Shown piece after piece: positions 50,327 to 64,000 of a DNA stretch of 64,000 nt; the first letter of the stretch is position 1, and every line of letters starts with the position of its first letter. The position numbers and the translations under genes were made by a program. Where the stretch lies: the NCBI GenBank assembly GCA_020137815.1, contig CM035354.1, forward strand, positions 2,542,001 to 2,606,000, written 5' to 3'. The notes below the pieces were generated by a model. It was not told where the DNA came from, did no database searches, and worked only from the letters and a program-made list of their open reading frames with translations. The stretch comes from Hormiphora californensis. Lineage: Eukaryota; Animalia; Ctenophora.

Positions 50327-53300
50327 ATGTCGTCGACTCTTCTACTAATTTTATTGGTCTCACATGCGTTATCTATTAGCATTCCACCAGGTAGGATTTC
50401 TTTGTTTTGTTCAAACCTTTTTAATTTATAGGGAGGGTCGAACAAGGCAAGGATTTCTGAAGACTATCATTTAGAGACCGATATATTATATCATAGCGCT
50501 CCCACTAACTCACAACAACTCCCCCTTCCAGGATTTACCGTCACAGAGGAGAGTGGCTACCTGAAGCTCTCCAACGGCACCCACCTTGCCTGTTGGACCT
50601 CCCCCAATACCACATTACACAGTTTCAACGGACAGAGACTGCTTCAGACAGGAATACTCAGACATTTGCCCCGGAGACATCCTCTTTTACCAGGCATGTG
50701 GGGCTATAGATGAGAGCAAGTGCGGAGGAGCGAGCCATGGAATGTACACGTTTGGGGGAGAGGTTGGACTCTGTGGTCATCACGTCTGTCAATACTGGTC
50801 TAGTAGTAAGGAGGCATACTATAACATTAGTGGCAACACTGTACAGTGGTATTTTGATTGTAATAACCGGACTAATTGTGTGAATAAAGACAACCCGGGT
50901 GTTGATGAGAGATCCTGTTCCTACGGACCTCACAAGTGTGAACGAAGCGGTAAACTCATACCCCAGGACCAGATTTGCGATGCCAAGGTGGACTGTTTAG
51001 CGGACTACGCAGATGACGAGTTGCATTGTAACCATAGTTACGGTATAGACTGCACTGATAGGTGGAACAGATCCCGATGGTTGCCACCCCGGTATATCTG
51101 TGATAACTCTCCCAACAACTCCTTCTTCTACTGTGCGGATGGTTCTGACGAGGTGGGATGTGAGAACGTGGTGGGGTGGTGCCTTGCCAAGGACCATGCT
51201 TTCCAGGACACAGTACACGTGAGGAACCTGACTGCAAGGCAGATGTGCGCACCGACACTAAACCCCTCTTATCTCGCCATGTGTAGATGGCAGGGACAAG
51301 GTTAATTGTACGGGGCAGGGGGCGTTGGAGTGTAATGTGGACGGGTACCCCTCTACACTCACCTCACTCGCCCTCTGCACTGGATATCCAATTTGTGACG
51401 CTGAGGGAGAAGGAGGGAGATTAACATTAGGGGGCGAGGGGGAAAGATCAGCAGGGAGAGGAGGACGATCAGCAGGGGGAGGACGATCAGCAGGGGGAGG
51501 TGGTGAATTAGAGGGAGTATCATCTGAGAAGGATGAGGTATACATGGACGAGTTGTGCAGTGTAGTAGAGCACCAGTGCTACCTACACAAGCATTACATT
51601 GTGATGGGGAGATTGACTGTCGAAATGGATCTGATGAGTCCCGGTGTGAGGGGGAGCTGATACACAACGTCACCTGTGTAAGGAGGACCAGTAAGACACG
51701 TGATGTCACTGACCAGGTTGCCATGGGCGGTGACGTCACTAAGCCGGTTGCCATGGCAATACCACGGAGCTGGTTGTGTGACGGGGTGAGGGACTGTGTA
51801 GACGGAGAGGACGAGGATAAGGATTTGTGGAGGGTTTGCGGAGAACGTTGTGTCCCCTGGGAGGAGAAATGCGAGGAAATGTTTAAATGTGGAGACGGCA
51901 TCTCCATCAGGGAAGTCAGAACTCTGTGATGGGGTGTTGCAGTGTGAGAGGGAGCGTGATGTTTGTAGTGAGGCACTGGGAGGGATCAGCTCACGAAGTG
52001 ATGCCCTGGCTAAACGTATCAACCGGATACCACACCATGCCCACTGCCTCCCCGGTATCACCCAGAGTCTAACTGAGCTAACAGGGATCACCTGTGTTAC
52101 ACGAGGTATGGGGGACATTGTCCCTGACAGTTACGGTGTACCAACAGAGGCCGTTAGAGTCCCGTCAAGACTCCCACCCGGTATTAACTGTCTGGATCTC
52201 CTGGGTGAGATATACCTCGTCATGGTATGCGCTGGTATCTGCCCCGGACCTTGTCCGATCATACCCCCAACCTACGACTCCTGTCTCTCCTCTCCCTCCC
52301 GGATATTCACCCTGACCAAGGGAGCACCCCCGGGTCTCGCCATGGTACGGCGGGACAGGACCTCACATACAGGGTACTCCCATATCCCCTGGTTCCCCTG
52401 TAAGAATGGGGAGTGTGTGCCCTACTCCAAGGTTAGTAGGAGCGCTTAGAGCATGCACGTGCAAAAGTCGCGCGCCACACGACACTTAGGCTACTGTCAC
52501 TCCTTTGCTTTACTAGGTGTGTAACCTGGCTGATGACTGTGGGGATGGTAGTGACGAGGAAATGTGCAAAAACAGCTTCAGGTGAGAGTATTTAGTGTTT
52601 AGCACGGCAACATAGAGCTGTCAGCAGCTGCCAATGCTCTGAAAGTTACAAATCTTCCAAGCAGGACAGAAAGCTCCTGCCACTTCAATGAGGGTAGACT
52701 GAACAAGTACCACGTATTAGAGCTAATACTCCAATTGCAGGTGTAATAACGGACAGGTGATCGCCGCCTCACGGCACTGTGATAACATCATGCACTGTAC
52801 GGACGGCAGTGATGAGTGCGGTAGCTGTGGTAACGGACTCCGCATCATCACGGTGCCATGGTTACGTGGATGCGCATGGGTTATCGGTGTTATTGCAACT
52901 GTCGTTAACGGTATTATAATCGTGTTCAACATGTGGGTAGCTCGCACTGCCAAGTCAGAGGTTGCCTTTATCAACACCATACTGCTAACGCTGGTTGCCA
53001 TAGGAGACATGACTCTGGGTTGCTATCTCCTCGTAATTTCAATAATCGACCACAGCTATGGTTCAGAGTTTTGTGAACAGCGATACACCTGGTTGATGAG
53101 CAGATCTTGTGTCGTTCTGGGTGTTCTGAACACCACCGGAGGGCAGCTATCGCTCTTTTCAATGACAGGACTCAGTTTGTTCAGGATGATGGTGGTGAGA
53201 AAACCCCAGCCATCGAGCGGTATCAGAACCCGTCACTACGTTCTATCTGCACTGGTTACCATGGTAATAGTGACTCTAACCCTCATGATCGCAGTGACAC

Positions 53301-54175
53301 CTCTCCTTCCCATGGCAGAGGATTTCTTCCTGAACGGCCTGTACTATGGGAGCCCTAACCCATTATTTAACGGTGTTCCAAGTAAACAGGAGCACCAGCG
53401 AATTATCCAGGGTTACTATGGGAGACTGGTTAATAGGGGTAACCATGGTAACCAAGGTAAAGACACTCTCTCCTGGGATGAGATTAGATCTCTTGTTAGG
53501 GAGATGTTCACACAGCATATGGGTGGGGTCGAGGGACGCAGCTGGAGCTTCTACGGTACTGACCCGACATGTTTGTTCAAGTTCTTTGTCAGTCCTACCG
53601 ACCCTCAACTGTACTACTCATGGAGTGTCCTGGTGATTAACCTGTGTTGTTTCGTTACAATAGTGATTAGCTATCTCTACGTGAACTGGCGGACCCGCCG
53701 GACATCATCCCAAGTTGCATCCACAAAGAGTTCGGACAAACTCCGGGCCATACAACGCCGTATAGCCCTGATCATTGCCACTAATGTAGCTACAGCCCTG
53801 CCATTTGTTGTTATAGCCCTACTCCATTCATCTGGGATTATTGATGCCACACCCCTTTACTCTCTCTTCTCCCTGCTCATTCTACCCTTGAACAGTGCAC
53901 TGAACCCACTGCTGTACCAAAGCAAACCGTTACAGACCCTCAGAAAGGTAGCTGCAGGTTCTGTGTTACCCAGTTGGGTACATGCCATCTCCTTGGCAAC
54001 CGGAGAGAGAAGATTCTCCCTGGCTGATACCCGGGTTTTGTTAACTGAGTTTCTATCCGTTAGAAGGGGCACTATCAACCCATCACCCGAGGCGAGTATT
54101 GTAAGACAGGCCCCTGTAGAACCCATTGTGGAGGAGATAGAGGAAAATGGGACTGTTACGGAGACAAAGACATGA
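50327..54175 (+). CDS. LDLa-repeat rhodopsin-class GPCR (GRL101-like, no LRRs seen); exons 50327-50390, 50532-52431, 52517-52581, 52741-54175; at least four apparent frameshifts in exon 2
   Basis: Signal MSSTLLLILLVSHALS; CDAKVDC..DE, CADGSDE, CDGEIDCRNGSDE, CNLADDCGDGSDE; 7TM with LVAIGD and LPLNSALNPLLY. Confidence 0.9.
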
Positions 54176-54422
54176 TAGTGTGATATATATTTAGTTATTG
54201 ATCGGATATACATGATATAGTGTGATATTTGGTGATATTTGGTTATATTGATTAGAGAGTTGATTTGGTTATTGATTGGAGAGTTTAAATACCTTTAAAT
54301 TGGTTTCTTAAGTTTTCCTTTGACACTTGTCACGATCAATGATTCGCCTCTCGTCGTCATTCACATTATAAGCTATGTAAGGAAGAAGGTTAAATTTGGG
54401 AAATGCACACTATGCTTGGGGA

Positions 54423-54531
54423 CAGGAACCGACCGAAACAAGTAAACAACTAATCATAACTCGTTATTTAGGTCACGTGACTGGTTATCAGCCAATCAGG
54501 GACCAGTATTTCCTGATTCGGTCGATTCCTG
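54423..54531 (-). mobile_element. hAT-type MITE, copy 5
   Basis: Reverse orientation; flanks cttgggga / cttggggga. Confidence 0.9.
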
Positions 54532-54759
54532 CTTGGGGGACCGGTGGGGGTATTGTAAATTCAGTCGTACCTCAATTTACCAGACCTCGTTGAAATAGAA
54601 CCTTAAATCTCGATTTAGCGGACAGATAAATTTCTCCCGTGGAATCCGGTAAATCGAGGTTTGACTGGTAATAAATAAACAAAAACAATTTAAAAGTTAA
54701 AACCGTCAAATGTAATAATAAGTTAGCTGATAAATTAAAACCCACTTTCTCAATACCCT

Positions 54760-62893
<8,134 letters not shown>

Positions 62894-63578
62894 CTGAGAG
62901 GGAGTAGAGAGTTAGTTTTACTAACTCATTGTACACATCACACGTATATAAATGCTTTGCAAAATAGTTAGAGAAATGGACTGCGAGGAGCTTAGGAAAG
63001 CCATCGGATTATATGAGAGAATACTGGAAAACTCCTGTCATATTATATTTTTGTTTCTACATAATAGGTTAGTTGTTCTTTCTCTGTTTGCCATTAAATT
63101 GTTATTATTCCTTTTTCTTCAGTATAATGTACATTACTGATTACACCCGGCATATACCAGGCAATTATTCTTCAGTAGCAAATTCCACGTATGCCCCAGC
63201 TTTTTCTAGTAGGAACATGTCTCACAGGACCATGTAATATGATATGACCCTGATAATATGAAGTTACACGGCCTGATATCGCATCGCATCGCATTGTCAT
63301 GGTGTGCAGCTAGAACTCTGGATGACGCACATTTTTCTCAAAAGTTCCTTCCTTTTGCATTGTGAACCACTATTTAAATTCCTTGCTCATTCCACTGTAA
63401 TCTAATTTTGCAGATGGTGGCATCTCGCAGCGTTGTCTTAGTTACCGTACCCGGCCCTGAGCCTGCATATATTCCTATTGTGTCTTTGTGAGCCTGCATT
63501 TATTACTGTTGAGACTTGATCATGATCATTATTCAATACACGAAACCTTTTAGCTAGGTTACACACTGTGCTACTATC

Positions 63579-64000
63579 ATGGCGAGAAGTGACCCTACTG
63601 TTGACGTAGAAGCAGCTGCAAACCAAGGTGAGTAAGTTACTATTAGTAACTAGTTACTCAGAGTAACTAGTTACTAATAGTAAGCACTACTTCGTCTGAT
63701 AGCTCTTATTGACAAAATGCCAATATTAGAGATAACTTTCTTGCGGGATTATCCGAGTTATTGCAACCCGAGATAACTGAATATGCCCCCCTCTAGATGA
63801 AGAGAAGAAGGAAGAAGAGAAGAAAGAGGAAATAAAAAAGGACGAGGAAGACATGTCAGTAACTGAAAAGTCAGATAAGAAATACATAGATTGGAGTACT
63901 AAAGTTGGGGCCCTTGGTTTTATGGCACTGTGCTTCTTCCACGTGTACAATTTCTTTCTAATACTGGCTGTTGGTATGGCTACTGATACACTTATATCAA
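63579..64000 (+). CDS. 5' end of a membrane protein gene (possibly CLN3/battenin-like or MFS); exons 63579-63627 and 63797 to window end
   Basis: MARSDPTVDVEAAANQ|gtgagt, phase-1 join to DEEKKEEE...WSTKVGALGFMALCFFHVYNFFLILAVG, open to the end. Confidence 0.55.

Overview
Gene-dense eukaryotic (animal) genomic DNA with GT-AG introns; not prokaryotic, no CRISPR array. Compact genes, acceptor-like sites just before most start codons, LDLa-GPCRs without LRRs and the MITE landscape suggest a ctenophore (Pleurobrachia-like); this is inference. Genes read: partial LDLa/GRL101-like GPCR, HOP2 exon 1, FAM91A1, RPL27A, a tight + strand run (Ldh_2 dehydrogenase, TRMT6, COMMD4, FANCF, WD40-CaaX protein, ELMOD), SMKR1, tetraspanin, Ly6/uPAR protein, secreted sushi protein, HSPBP1 with a nested antisense Cys-rich gene, POLR2H, a full LDLa-GPCR, and WDR75 carrying an intact APE-RT-RNaseH non-LTR retrotransposon and probably a second nested gene. 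Many MITE/foldback families, minisatellites and microsatellites. Main observations: (1) at five loci the 3' splice acceptor itself is tandemly amplified, up to ~43 copies in front of HSPBP1; (2) an operon-like six-gene array with 117-286 bp gaps and an acceptor before each downstream ATG; (3) a nested gene whose 3.6 kb block splits a host minisatellite unit at a duplicated TA; (4) RFX/CRE/E-box/CCAAT motifs recurring in minisatellites, MITEs and coding exons. Several conserved genes show single-base frameshifts, most likely assembly errors. Coordinates were counted by hand (+/- a few nt) and gene names rest on recalled family motifs, not searches.
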